Shown one piece after another: positions 8,908-17,515 of a stretch of DNA of 20,398 nucleotides. The notes under the pieces were generated by a model. It saw nothing but the letters and a program-made list of their open reading frames with translations. It did not search any database and had not been told where the DNA came from. The translations under genes were made by a program, and so were the position numbers. The stretch comes from an uncultured bacterium (GTDB lineage: Bacteria; SAR324; NAC60-12): contig CAXGMD010000064.1 of assembly GCA_964010765.1 (NCBI GenBank), positions 1 through 20,398 of the forward strand. The letters are read 5' to 3'. The number at the start of each line of letters is the position of its first letter. Positions within the stretch are counted from its first letter, which is position 1.

Positions 8908-9005
8908 ACACGCTCCCCCGCATCCCTCATTTGCACGTTCCTGCATCGCTCCCTTTCTGTCTGCAAAACACCATTGAGTCCACAACGCTGTTCCCAGGTA
9001 AGGCT

Positions 9006-12000
9006 ATGAAGATTGATCGATTGTTCACTCAAGCTGCAAAAGACCCCTATGCTTCTCTGGAGTTTGAATCCCGCAGCTCGGTCATCCGCAACCCCGACGG
9101 ATCGGTTGTCGCCGAATGGAAAGACGTACAGGTCCCTAAAACCTGGTCCCAGGTGGCTTCTGACATCATGGCCCAAAAGTACTTCCGAAAAGCTGGCATC
9201 CCCAAACATCGTCGTAAACGCTCGGAAGAAGGTATTCCAAGTTGGTTACAGGCCTCAGTACCTGATCAAACCAAGCAAGCTAAGCTGCCAGCAGATGAGA
9301 AAATGGTTTCAGAGAATGATGCTCGTCAGGTCTTTGATCGTTTGTCTGGATGTTGGACGTATTGGGGACACAAGTATGGCTACTTCAATGATGAGTCTTC
9401 GAGCCAAGCTTTCTATGACGAGCTTCGCTACATGCTCGCCAACCAAATGGTGGCACCTAACTCTCCACAGTGGTTTAACACCGGCTTGAACTGGGCCTAT
9501 GGGATCACAGGGCCTGCCCAGGGACATTATTACGTTGATGCAAAGTCTCAGGAGATTAAAAAATCTGAAGATGCCTACAGTCATCCCCAACCACATGCCT
9601 GCTTCATCCAATCCGTCAAGGACGATCTGGTCCAAGAGGGAGGGATTATGGACCTCTGGGTCAGAGAAGCTCGCTTGTTCAAATATGGCTCTGGAACGGG
9701 ATCCAACTTCTCGGATCTTCGTGGTGGCAAAGAGCCCCTGTCTGGCGGAGGCGTCTCTTCGGGATTGATGTCTTTCCTAAGAATCGGAGATACAGCCGCT
9801 GGTTCGATCAAATCAGGTGGGACCACGCGTCGAGCTGCAAAAATGGTCTGCCTGGATGTTGATCACCCAGACATTGAGCAGTTCGTCAACTGGAAAGTGA
9901 AAGAAGAGCAAAAGGTTGCTGCTCTGGTTGCCGGCTCCAAGCAGATTAAATCACTGATCAATGAGCTTTTCCAGGCCTGTCACTCCTGGCCTGAGATTTC
10001 TGAACGCTTTGACCGTCGGAAAAACAAGCACTTGCGCAAGGTTCTCCTACAAATTCGTGCTTCCAGTATGCCCTTGAACTATGTAGAGCGAATCATTCAC
10101 CTCGCTAAACAGGGATATACTGGCGTCGAGTTTGATGAGTACGATACCGATTGGAACTCAGAAGCCTACAGCACAGTGGCTGGGCAGAATGCAAACAACT
10201 CTGTTCGCATCACCAACGATTTCATGACTGCTGTTGAGCAAGATCAAGACTGGTCGTTGTACTGGAGAACAGAGTTGGTCAAGTCTCGTGAGGAAGAGCG
10301 TGAACCGAAAGCCTGCCAGACATTAAGAGCCAGCGAACTTTGGGAACAGATTGCTTATGCGGCATGGGCCTCTGCCGATCCAGGCTTACAATTCGATTCA
10401 ACTATTAACGAATGGCATACCTGCGAAGTAGACGGTCCCATCCGAGCATCGAACCCCTGCAGTGAATACATGTTTCTGGATGATACTGCCTGTAATCTGG
10501 CGTCCCTGAATCTCCTTCGTTTCCAAAATGAGAATGGAGAACTGGACATTGAGCGCTTCCGGCACGCCGTTCGACTTTGGACCATTGTTCTCGAAATCAG
10601 CGTCCTGATGGCTCAATTCCCAAGTCGACGCATTGCAGAGTTGTCTTACGAGTTCCGAACTCTTGGTCTTGGCTACGCAAACCTGGGAACATTCCTGATG
10701 GTCAATGGCATTCCTTATGATTCAGAGAAGGCCCGAGCAATCTGTGGGGCAATCACCTGTATCATGCACATGAGTGCTTACGCAGCTTCTGCAGAAATGG
10801 CGTCCGAGTTGGGACCGTTCCCAGGCTATGAAAGAAATAAAGATGGAATGCTGCGTGTTCTGAGAAATCATCGTAGAGCCGCTTACCGTGCCTCAGATCG
10901 TGAATACGAAGGGCTGACCATCAAACCAGTGGCTATTGACAGTCAGCATTGTCCCCCTGAGTTGTTGCAAGCAGCGCAGGCTGATGCAGATCGAGCCGTA
11001 GAACTCGGTGAGCAGCATGGATTCCGTAATGCTCAGGTGACCGTCATTGCGCCTACGGGAACCATCGGATTACTGATGGACTGTGACACTACCGGAATTG
11101 AGCCTGACTTTGCGTTGGTCAAGTTCAAGAAACTCGCTGGTGGAGGATATTTCAAGATCATCAACCAATCGATCCCACCTGCCCTCGTCAAATTGGGTTA
11201 TAACGAGCAGCAGGTTCAGGATATCGTCAATTATACCAAAGGACGTGGTTCTCTCAGTGGCAGTCCCTGCATCAACCCAGAGGTGCTTCGTCAGAAGGGT
11301 TTCACCGAAGAATTGCTACAAATCATCGAAGGGCAATTGCCCGCAGCCTTTGACATCCGATTTGTCTTTAACCGCTGGGTACTCGGCGATGATTTCTGCA
11401 TAAAGACCTTGGGAATCAGTGAAGATCAACTGAATCATCCAGAATTCAGCATTCTTCAACACCTAGGGTTCCGAGAATCAGAAATCGATGCCGCCAACGA
11501 CTACGTCTGCGGTACCATGACTGTTGAGGACGCACCTCATCTGAAGCGCTCCGACTACGATGTATTTGATTGTGCCAACAAGTGCGGCAAGAAAGGAAAA
11601 CGCTACCTATCTGCCGAATCCCATGTACGCATGATGGCCGTTGCACAGCCTTTTATCTCAGGTTCCATTTCAAAAACCATCAATTTACCTGGTCAAGCCT
11701 CTGTTGAGGATATCAAAGACGTCTACCATCACTCCTGGCAGCTTGGACTCAAGTGCAATGCTCTCTATCGAGACGGCTCAAAGCTCAGCCAACCACTGAA
11801 TACGAGTGCCGTTGAGGATATTGGTGATTTTGATGAAGAGTTGGATGAAGAGCTACTTCCTGCACAACCCCGCGAAGTACGCATCGCTGAGAAAGTCATT
11901 CATCGCTACATTGCCAAACGTAGAAGGCTGCCCGGCAGACGCAAGGGCTATACACAGAAAGCGACTATCGGTGGCCACAAGCTCTACCTGCGAACTGGAG

Positions 12001-12698
12001 AGTATGAAGATGGGCAACTGGGTGAAGTCTTCCTGGATATGCATAAGGAAGGAGCTGCATTTCGGAGCATGATGAACTGCTTTGCAATTGCGGTTTCTCT
12101 TGGATTGCAGCATGGCGTACCCTTGGAAGAATATGTTGAAGCCTTCGTCTTCACTCGCTTTGAACCAAACGGCATGGTTCAGGGTAATGATGCGATCAAG
12201 GTCAGCACTTCAATCATTGATTATATCTTCCGCGAACTAGCCATCACTTACCTGGACCGAACGGATTTAGCCCACGTCGCTCCAGAAGACTTACGCTCCA
12301 GTTCGCTGCACTCTTATGGTAAGCAAATCAGTCCACCAGAGTATCATGACGAGAAAGTTATTTCTGAGCGGACACTGACTTTGGAAGAAAGTCAGGCCTA
12401 CCTTGCTCGAACAACTGATGAAGAGGCTGCTGTCGGAGATGTGGAAGCTGCGCAAGGCAGCTACAACGGAAACGGTTTGGCACCAGAAACCAGTGATAGC
12501 GATCTCACAAATCATGGAATGCTATCTCTACTGGGTGACTGGAACATGGAAGGACGCAGCCGCAATGAATTAATTCGTGAAGCTCGTACCAAGGGCTACG
12601 AAGGTGAGAACTGCGGAAATTGTGGTCAATTCACCATGGTCCGGAATGGAGCTTGTTTAAAGTGTGTTTCCTGTGGTCACACCAGCGGCTGCTCCTGA
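9006..12698 (+). CDS. nrdJ: vitamin B12-dependent (class II) ribonucleotide reductase with C-terminal TSCPD-like domain and Cys-rich tail
   Basis: 1230 aa from ATG 9006 (SD-like AGGTAAGG 8996-9003); [59 protein letters not shown]-terminal [12 protein letters not shown] and [22 protein letters not shown]. No intein evident. Confidence 0.96.
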   Translation: MKIDRLFTQAAKDPYASLEFESRSSVIRNPDGSVVAEWKDVQVPKTWSQVASDIMAQKYFRKAGIPKHRRKRSEEGIPSWLQASVPDQTKQAKLPADEKMVSENDARQVFDRLSGCWTYWGHKYGYFNDESSSQAFYDELRYMLANQMVAPNSPQWFNTGLNWAYGITGPAQGHYYVDAKSQEIKKSEDAYSHPQPHACFIQSVKDDLVQEGGIMDLWVREARLFKYGSGTGSNFSDLRGGKEPLSGGGVSSGLMSFLRIGDTAAGSIKSGGTTRRAAKMVCLDVDHPDIEQFVNWKVKEEQKVAALVAGSKQIKSLINELFQACHSWPEISERFDRRKNKHLRKVLLQIRASSMPLNYVERIIHLAKQGYTGVEFDEYDTDWNSEAYSTVAGQNANNSVRITNDFMTAVEQDQDWSLYWRTELVKSREEEREPKACQTLRASELWEQIAYAAWASADPGLQFDSTINEWHTCEVDGPIRASNPCSEYMFLDDTACNLASLNLLRFQNENGELDIERFRHAVRLWTIVLEISVLMAQFPSRRIAELSYEFRTLGLGYANLGTFLMVNGIPYDSEKARAICGAITCIMHMSAYAASAEMASELGPFPGYERNKDGMLRVLRNHRRAAYRASDREYEGLTIKPVAIDSQHCPPELLQAAQADADRAVELGEQHGFRNAQVTVIAPTGTIGLLMDCDTTGIEPDFALVKFKKLAGGGYFKIINQSIPPALVKLGYNEQQVQDIVNYTKGRGSLSGSPCINPEVLRQKGFTEELLQIIEGQLPAAFDIRFVFNRWVLGDDFCIKTLGISEDQLNHPEFSILQHLGFRESEIDAANDYVCGTMTVEDAPHLKRSDYDVFDCANKCGKKGKRYLSAESHVRMMAVAQPFISGSISKTINLPGQASVEDIKDVYHHSWQLGLKCNALYRDGSKLSQPLNTSAVEDIGDFDEELDEELLPAQPREVRIAEKVIHRYIAKRRRLPGRRKGYTQKATIGGHKLYLRTGEYEDGQLGEVFLDMHKEGAAFRSMMNCFAIAVSLGLQHGVPLEEYVEAFVFTRFEPNGMVQGNDAIKVSTSIIDYIFRELAITYLDRTDLAHVAPEDLRSSSLHSYGKQISPPEYHDEKVISERTLTLEESQAYLARTTDEEAAVGDVEAAQGSYNGNGLAPETSDSDLTNHGMLSLLGDWNMEGRSRNELIREARTKGYEGENCGNCGQFTMVRNGACLKCVSCGHTSGCS

Positions 12699-12715
12699 GT
12701 TTCCTTACGATTGAA

Positions 12716-12745
12716 GGGCATCTTGTTTGCCAAAACAAGATGCCT
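12716..12745 (+). terminator. perfect 12-bp hairpin after nrdJ (terminator or 3' stabilising stem)
   Basis: GGCATCTTGTTT (12717-12728) - GCCA - AAACAAGATGCC (12733-12744), 18 bp after the stop; no U-tract on either side. Confidence 0.6.
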
Positions 12746-12828
12746 ACCCCTTCCTAAATTCATCACTTTCCTCCGTTTTCAATTACAAATCGCTAAATCA
12801 TTCCCATTTACTTAAAAAGCAATTATTC

Positions 12829-12857
12829 TTGTAATTTAATAGCAAGCCCACTATTAT
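12829..12857 (+). promoter_or_regulatory. putative sigma70 promoter of the orphan/XRE operon, overlapped by an inverted repeat
   Basis: TTGTAA (12829-12834) - 17 bp - TATTAT (12852-12857), with AT-rich sequence upstream. Confidence 0.6.
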
Positions 12858-12938
12858 ACAAGCAACTTGATGCCTGCTCGAAGGCACAGTATTCCTTCCG
12901 TTTTCAGGTCTTGTCGTATCTTTTTCGATGGAGAATTG

Positions 12939-13190
12939 ATGTTTCCAGCTTGGCAAGTACTGCAGCGCAATTTTGATGAGAACCTAGCCACAATCGAAGC
13001 CTGGCAAAAGGCACTGGCTCGGCTACCCATTGGAATGTGGGGAGCAATCTTGCCTTCATCCCAATCGACTCAGGCACTGGAGCAGTTACAATTGAAAGCT
13101 ATTGGGAATGCCTACGAACGAATTCGACAGTATCAGCAACTAGGATTGGGAATCGTATCAAATCGGGTTAACTTCTGGCAGGGTAAGTAA
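12939..13190 (+). CDS. hypothetical small helical protein (83 aa)
   Basis: ATG 12939 is preceded by GGAG (12930-12933); alternative starts at 12867/12870. The stop overlaps the next start (TAATG 13188-13192), suggesting translational coupling. No family recognised. Confidence 0.6.
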   Translation: MFPAWQVLQRNFDENLATIEAWQKALARLPIGMWGAILPSSQSTQALEQLQLKAIGNAYERIRQYQQLGLGIVSNRVNFWQGK

Positions 13191-13894
13191 TGAATAGTCA
13201 TGTGTCAGAAGCCTTAGACGTCTCCAAGATCAAAGAAGAGCTGCGTGCTACTCTTGCGAAGAACATCATCTCGGCACGCAAAGCAAAAGCAAAGGTTCTC
13301 GGACGCACCTATACCCAAGAGCAGCTGGCAGAAGATTCAGGACATTCGACCACCGCCATCGCGCAAATCGAGAGAGGGGAAGTTGATCCAAGACTTTCCA
13401 CGATTGCAGGAATTGCCTTAGCCCTTAACGTCAATCCTGTATTTTTGCTGTTTGGACGTAGTGAGATTGAACTGCTCTATCAGATGATCCGTGAATTGGA
13501 CGAAGATTCATTGAGTGATCTGTCCGAACGTCTTTTCAGCGAAAACCTAAGTGAGATTGAAAAGCTTGCCAACTCCAGTCTACCAAAACATCGCGTAAAA
13601 GCCTCTCAAGTGAGTGCAGCAACGATGGCCCTACAGCTCAACAAGCAGCTTGCTCAAAACGCGATTGAAGCCGCAGAAGCTAGCCAGCAACTTGCCGAAT
13701 CGGCATTGGACATGATGGACGAGTCAATGAAACTGGGAGTTAGCACTAGTGTAGGAATCGGTGCAGCGATGGCAGGCATCATGGGAGCCACCGTTGGGGC
13801 CTTCATGGGAATGTCAGAAAAGGGAGTTTCGGATCTGCTGCGAGATACTCGAATACCTCCTCAATCTCCATCTGAAAAAAACTCTGCGAAATAA
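13190..13894 (+). CDS. XRE/Cro-C1 family HTH protein with C-terminal glycine-zipper-like hydrophobic segment
   Basis: TQEQLAEDSGHSTTAIAQIERGEVDPRLSTIAGIALALNV is a classic HTH_3 domain; C-terminal GVSTSVGIGAAMAGIMGATVGAFMG contains GxxxGxxxG. Confidence 0.85.
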   Translation: MNSHVSEALDVSKIKEELRATLAKNIISARKAKAKVLGRTYTQEQLAEDSGHSTTAIAQIERGEVDPRLSTIAGIALALNVNPVFLLFGRSEIELLYQMIRELDEDSLSDLSERLFSENLSEIEKLANSSLPKHRVKASQVSAATMALQLNKQLAQNAIEAAEASQQLAESALDMMDESMKLGVSTSVGIGAAMAGIMGATVGAFMGMSEKGVSDLLRDTRIPPQSPSEKNSAK

Positions 13895-15030
13895 AGCAAA
13901 GACTGGGCTGTGGCTGAACGCTCGTGAGGAAGCAGCCATAAGCCTCCTACCTCTGCTACTTCTACCTCCTGCTGCTTCCAATTCCGCAAGTCTTCTACTA
14001 CGAAAGGGATTCGTTTCCCTTCCGGCGTAATCAAAATCATTTCATCACCTCGCGCAAAACTACGCCGACTGGCAACCGCCATATATTCTCGACTCGCCAC
14101 TTCCAAAACATATCCGACCACTTCTCCATCCAAATAACGCAGGTTTGGATTTTTCAATTTTTCAATCGGACGTTCGGTTCGGTTTGCTCTGAAAAATCCC
14201 TGCGTTGTCTGCCTTGGCCAACTAGATCTGATTTGTTTGCCATCTGAGTCCAGACCGTCCCGAACCACTTGCTGTAGCTGAGGTAACCAGATCCGCAGTT
14301 CCATGTGTTGTATGTCAAAACGCAAATAGCGCAGCCCACTCGTTCGAAGATCTTCAATCCGATCCAGTAAGAAAAGATCCCGATGGTGGAACATCAGGGT
14401 TCCATGATGGTGCTCCAAAACTGGAAATTCGTGATGGTGCTGATCTGTCGAAGTCACTGTGGCCAGGGTCATCTCAGTTGGAGCACCAAGGACCGGAGAA
14501 AGTAGTTTTCTAGGACTATAGAACAGTAGAATGCGCCCCACAGCCAACAACTCACAGGAGACAGATAGTTCTCTGCAGTACTCGCTTAGAATTAGGACGG
14601 GTAATTCTGTCGAAAGAACAATTCGTTCTAAAGCTGATCCCACATAGGCAACCCAGCGCTGTAGGCTGGGAAGATTATGGTGGCCTGTCTCAGCAATCCA
14701 GTGGATCTTGGGCTTGGCAGGGTGTTGCCTTAACCACTCCAAGGCGCCGACATCTTGCACACGGATTGCGTCAAATGAACTTAAGGGGATCTGCTCCAGT
14801 ACCTCCTGCAACATTCGTCGGAAGTCATTTTCTGTTGCCAGCAGATCCCACTGCAGATAGACCCTAAGTCCTCTTTTATGAGCCTGTTCAGCAAGTTCTA
14901 GCAACTGCTCTGTTTCCAATTTTCCAAGGCGACTCAATCGCTTGTGTGCGAGAATCACCTCGGAAACAGAATCGGGTGAAAGCTGTTCTAGTTGCTCTAC
15001 AGAATCAATTTGGGTGAGAGTTTGGATCAT
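13861..15030 (-). CDS. peptidase U32 family protein (TrhP1/YrrN-like, lacking the Fe-S cysteines) with C-terminal beta domain
   Basis: 389 aa from ATG 15030 (ATGA overlap with the ccmA stop); AHKRGLRVY, DAIRVQDVG, RIVLSTEL, FYSPRKLLS, GTLMF..DL, SGLRYLRFD, TQGFF; C-terminal VVGYV...RRSFARGDEMILITPEG. Confidence 0.75.
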   Translation of the reverse strand: MIQTLTQIDSVEQLEQLSPDSVSEVILAHKRLSRLGKLETEQLLELAEQAHKRGLRVYLQWDLLATENDFRRMLQEVLEQIPLSSFDAIRVQDVGALEWLRQHPAKPKIHWIAETGHHNLPSLQRWVAYVGSALERIVLSTELPVLILSEYCRELSVSCELLAVGRILLFYSPRKLLSPVLGAPTEMTLATVTSTDQHHHEFPVLEHHHGTLMFHHRDLFLLDRIEDLRTSGLRYLRFDIQHMELRIWLPQLQQVVRDGLDSDGKQIRSSWPRQTTQGFFRANRTERPIEKLKNPNLRYLDGEVVGYVLEVASREYMAVASRRSFARGDEMILITPEGKRIPFVVEDLRNWKQQEVEVAEVGGLWLLPHERSATAQSLLYFAEFFSDGD

Positions 15031-15725
15031 GACTGACTGAGCCATTGCTGGCATTCGGAGAGATTCATCGTGGAGGCGGATTGATCTTTTATAATCTTGC
15101 GGTGACTGAGTAGAAGTACCCGGGTAGCCAACTCCAATCCAAGTTCTAGTTGATGGGTAACAAGCAACAAGGTCCCTCCCTGGTTCCTAAAATCAAGGAG
15201 ATATTCCTGAAACCATCGAACTGAGTTCTGATCCAATCCTGTATAGGGTTCATCCAGCAATAAGAGCTTCGGTTGCTGCAACAACAGCCGCGCAATTGCC
15301 GTCCGTTTGGTCATTCCACTGCTGAAGGTCTTGACTGGGAGGTCGATGGCGTGGCTGAGTTGAACCTCCTGCAGTGCTAGAGGAATTCTCTGTGGCAAAT
15401 CCTTCAATTCATAGAGAACACCAAAGAGGTGAAGGTTTTCTCTTGGGGTAAGATCTCCGTAGAGGCGGCTTTCGTGGGCAATGCTTCCCATATCTCTTAG
15501 GTAGCGATGCTTATCTTCATCAATGGGCATTCCTTCATACAGGATCTCTCCCTGCTGCGGCTTGAGCAGAGTCGCACAGAGCCGTAACAGCGTAGACTTG
15601 CCAGCCCCGTTGTTACCTAGCAGGAGAACACATTCTCCCGCTTGAATATCCAGATTCAGTTCCTGGAGAATTGTGCGATAACCAAAGCGTTTGCTCAGGT
15701 TACGCAGCCCAAGAAGAGCAGTCAT
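15027..15725 (-). CDS. ccmA: ABC transporter ATP-binding protein, heme exporter CcmA-like
   Basis: Walker A GNNGAGKST, IAHESRLYGDLTPRENL, signature FSSGMTKR, Walker B LLLLDEPYTGLD, H-loop VTHQ; 232 aa. Confidence 0.7.
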   Translation of the reverse strand: MTALLGLRNLSKRFGYRTILQELNLDIQAGECVLLLGNNGAGKSTLLRLCATLLKPQQGEILYEGMPIDEDKHRYLRDMGSIAHESRLYGDLTPRENLHLFGVLYELKDLPQRIPLALQEVQLSHAIDLPVKTFSSGMTKRTAIARLLLQQPKLLLLDEPYTGLDQNSVRWFQEYLLDFRNQGGTLLLVTHQLELGLELATRVLLLSHRKIIKDQSASTMNLSECQQWLSQS

Positions 15726-15770
15726 GGAGAGATCATCACTAGCAGAACAACAGGCGGAGAAGTACCAAAC

Positions 15771-16793
15771 TCAGAACTGCTGCAGAAATTGTAGGTTGTT
15801 ACCGTAGAAGTATCTGATATCACGGATGCCGTGCTTGAGCATCGCTGGACGCTCCACTCCCATACCGAAAGCAAAGCCACTCCAAACATCGGGATCGTAG
15901 CCCCCATTTTTCAAGACAACTGGATGAACCATCCCAGCCCCAGCAACCTCCAGCCAAGATGTGTACTTGCAAACCCGGCAGCCCTCTCCTGCGCAAAGGA
16001 TGCAGTCCATATCAATCTCAATGCTCGGTTCTGTGAATGGGAAGTAACTACCACGAATCCGCGTCTTGCGCTCGCTACCATACATCTTGCGCGCAAACTC
16101 ATTCATCACCCCGATCAGATCTGTCATCCGAATCTTGTAACCTAACACCAAACCTTCGACCTGATAGAACTGATGTTCAGACCGAGGAGTGATCTGCTCA
16201 TATCGATAGCATTTACCCGGCAGAATCACCCGAATGGGTTCTGGTCCAAATTCCTTCATCGCTCGGATCTGGCCTGGAGAGGTGTGGGTTCGCAAAACCA
16301 CTTCCTTATTGACCCAGAAGGTATCCCACATGTCTCTTGCAGGGTGGTACTCAGGAATGTTGAGTGCCTGGAAATTATAGGCATCTGTTTCCACATCCGG
16401 AGCCTCGTACACCTGAAAGCCCATCTCAGCAAAGATTTGATAGATTTTGCGCAACGTCTGTGTAGTCAGATGGAGATGTCCGGTCGGAAAGGGTCGTCCA
16501 GGTAGTGTGACATCAATTGAATCCGAAGCGATCTCCTTTTCCATCTTTTGCTGGCGCAACCGCTCCTGTAAAGAATCGAAGGAATCCTGCAATTCTGTTT
16601 TCAAATCATTGATAGCTTTGCCAACTTGGGGGCGTTCTTCAGCAGCAACGGTTCCGAGTTGTTTGAGCAGCGCTGTCACCGCTCCCTTCTTCCCCAAATA
16701 ATCACGAAACCAACCAGGTAGGGATTCCGTGCTGTCCACTTGCTGAAGATCGTTTAAAGCCTGTTGTTTGAGGATGCGAATTTGGTCTTGCAT
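15771..16793 (-). CDS. pheS: phenylalanine--tRNA ligase alpha subunit
   Basis: YLGKKG, IDVTLPG, NFQALNIPEYHPARDMWDTF, LRTHTSPGQIR, FYQVEGL, SYFPFTEPS, GAGMVHP, GFAFGMGVER, DIRYFY. Confidence 0.98.
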   Translation of the reverse strand: MQDQIRILKQQALNDLQQVDSTESLPGWFRDYLGKKGAVTALLKQLGTVAAEERPQVGKAINDLKTELQDSFDSLQERLRQQKMEKEIASDSIDVTLPGRPFPTGHLHLTTQTLRKIYQIFAEMGFQVYEAPDVETDAYNFQALNIPEYHPARDMWDTFWVNKEVVLRTHTSPGQIRAMKEFGPEPIRVILPGKCYRYEQITPRSEHQFYQVEGLVLGYKIRMTDLIGVMNEFARKMYGSERKTRIRGSYFPFTEPSIEIDMDCILCAGEGCRVCKYTSWLEVAGAGMVHPVVLKNGGYDPDVWSGFAFGMGVERPAMLKHGIRDIRYFYGNNLQFLQQF

Positions 16794-16874
16794 TCAGATT
16801 TTTTTGTAAGGATTCGAATCAATAGTGAGAAGCATTCACCTTGCAGGGAAACCCGCAATTGCGCAAGGAAGAAG

Positions 16875-17441
16875 TCAGACACGGTTGTCAGTAGAGCCTG
16901 ATTCTCCAGGCTCCGAACCAAACCGATTCTCTCCGTTTTCTCCCGCTAGAAAGAAGAGTTCCACCATCGGCCAGAACTGAAAGACAGGAACAATACCAAG
17001 GAGGAGAAACCAACCAGAATATCCTCGATCGTGGCAACGCTTGATAGCAAGATTGATGTGCGCCAACCAGCAAATCAGGGCAAGTATACCCAATACTGGA
17101 TAGCTGACAGTTGAAGCAGCGATCAGCGAATGAACAACGAAAACACCCAATTCTGCCAACCAGAAGTCACCACGCGAGAGTCTCCCTTTGGCAGTGAACA
17201 ACAACTGCTTGATGGATGGCCAACTGCCATAACGATGCTGGATTCGTTGCTGCCCTGACGCTTGTTCTGCAGCGTACTCTGATTCAACTTCCTGCTGGAG
17301 TTTCTGAAGTTCCACCTCACTCAGGCCGTAGACTTCCCGCAAGGCTTGCAAAGAATCCTCATTTTGGAGCTTTTCTTCGCGGACCCTTTCCCTTTCTTCA
17401 GCCTTAATTCTCAGACGACGAAGCTTTTCTTCGTTATCCAT
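16875..17441 (-). CDS. DUF805 (YhaH-like) inner-membrane protein with a charged N-terminal extension
   Basis: KGRLSRGDFW, LAIKRCHDRGYSGW, GENRFG and three hydrophobic segments; the first ~65 aa are E/R/Q-rich and coiled-coil-like. Confidence 0.85.
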   Translation of the reverse strand: MDNEEKLRRLRIKAEERERVREEKLQNEDSLQALREVYGLSEVELQKLQQEVESEYAAEQASGQQRIQHRYGSWPSIKQLLFTAKGRLSRGDFWLAELGVFVVHSLIAASTVSYPVLGILALICWLAHINLAIKRCHDRGYSGWFLLLGIVPVFQFWPMVELFFLAGENGENRFGSEPGESGSTDNRV

Positions 17442-17515
17442 GGCAAACTAGATGACGGACGTTAGGTAGCGGTTTTGCGGTCAAACTCTGCTCCAGGCGG
17501 GACTCTATCGAGTAT

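Noticed and set aside
8629..9005. Cobalamin riboswitch or NrdR boxes upstream of nrdJ
   Set aside because: No AGGGAA/GCCACTG/B12-box arrangement; the best NrdR-like stretch (CGCATATCCTTGT near 8681) misses most conserved positions.
8794..9209. Short ORFs in the nrdJ leader and the extended TTG start at 8931
   Set aside because: No SD or recognisable product; ATG 9006 has an SD-like sequence and gives a typical NrdJ N-terminus (MKIDRLFT).
11832..11852. GATGAAGAG repeated at 12-bp spacing
   Set aside because: Simply encodes DEEL-DEEL in an acidic linker of NrdJ.
9006..12698. Intein or intron in nrdJ, given its length
   Set aside because: Continuous ORF with RNR motifs in the expected order; no C/S...HN splice junctions or LAGLIDADG motifs; the length is explained by the fused C-terminal domains.
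13861..13894. 34-bp convergent overlap of the XRE and U32 genes as an antisense mechanism
   Set aside because: Short tail-to-tail overlaps are common; nothing else supports a regulatory role.
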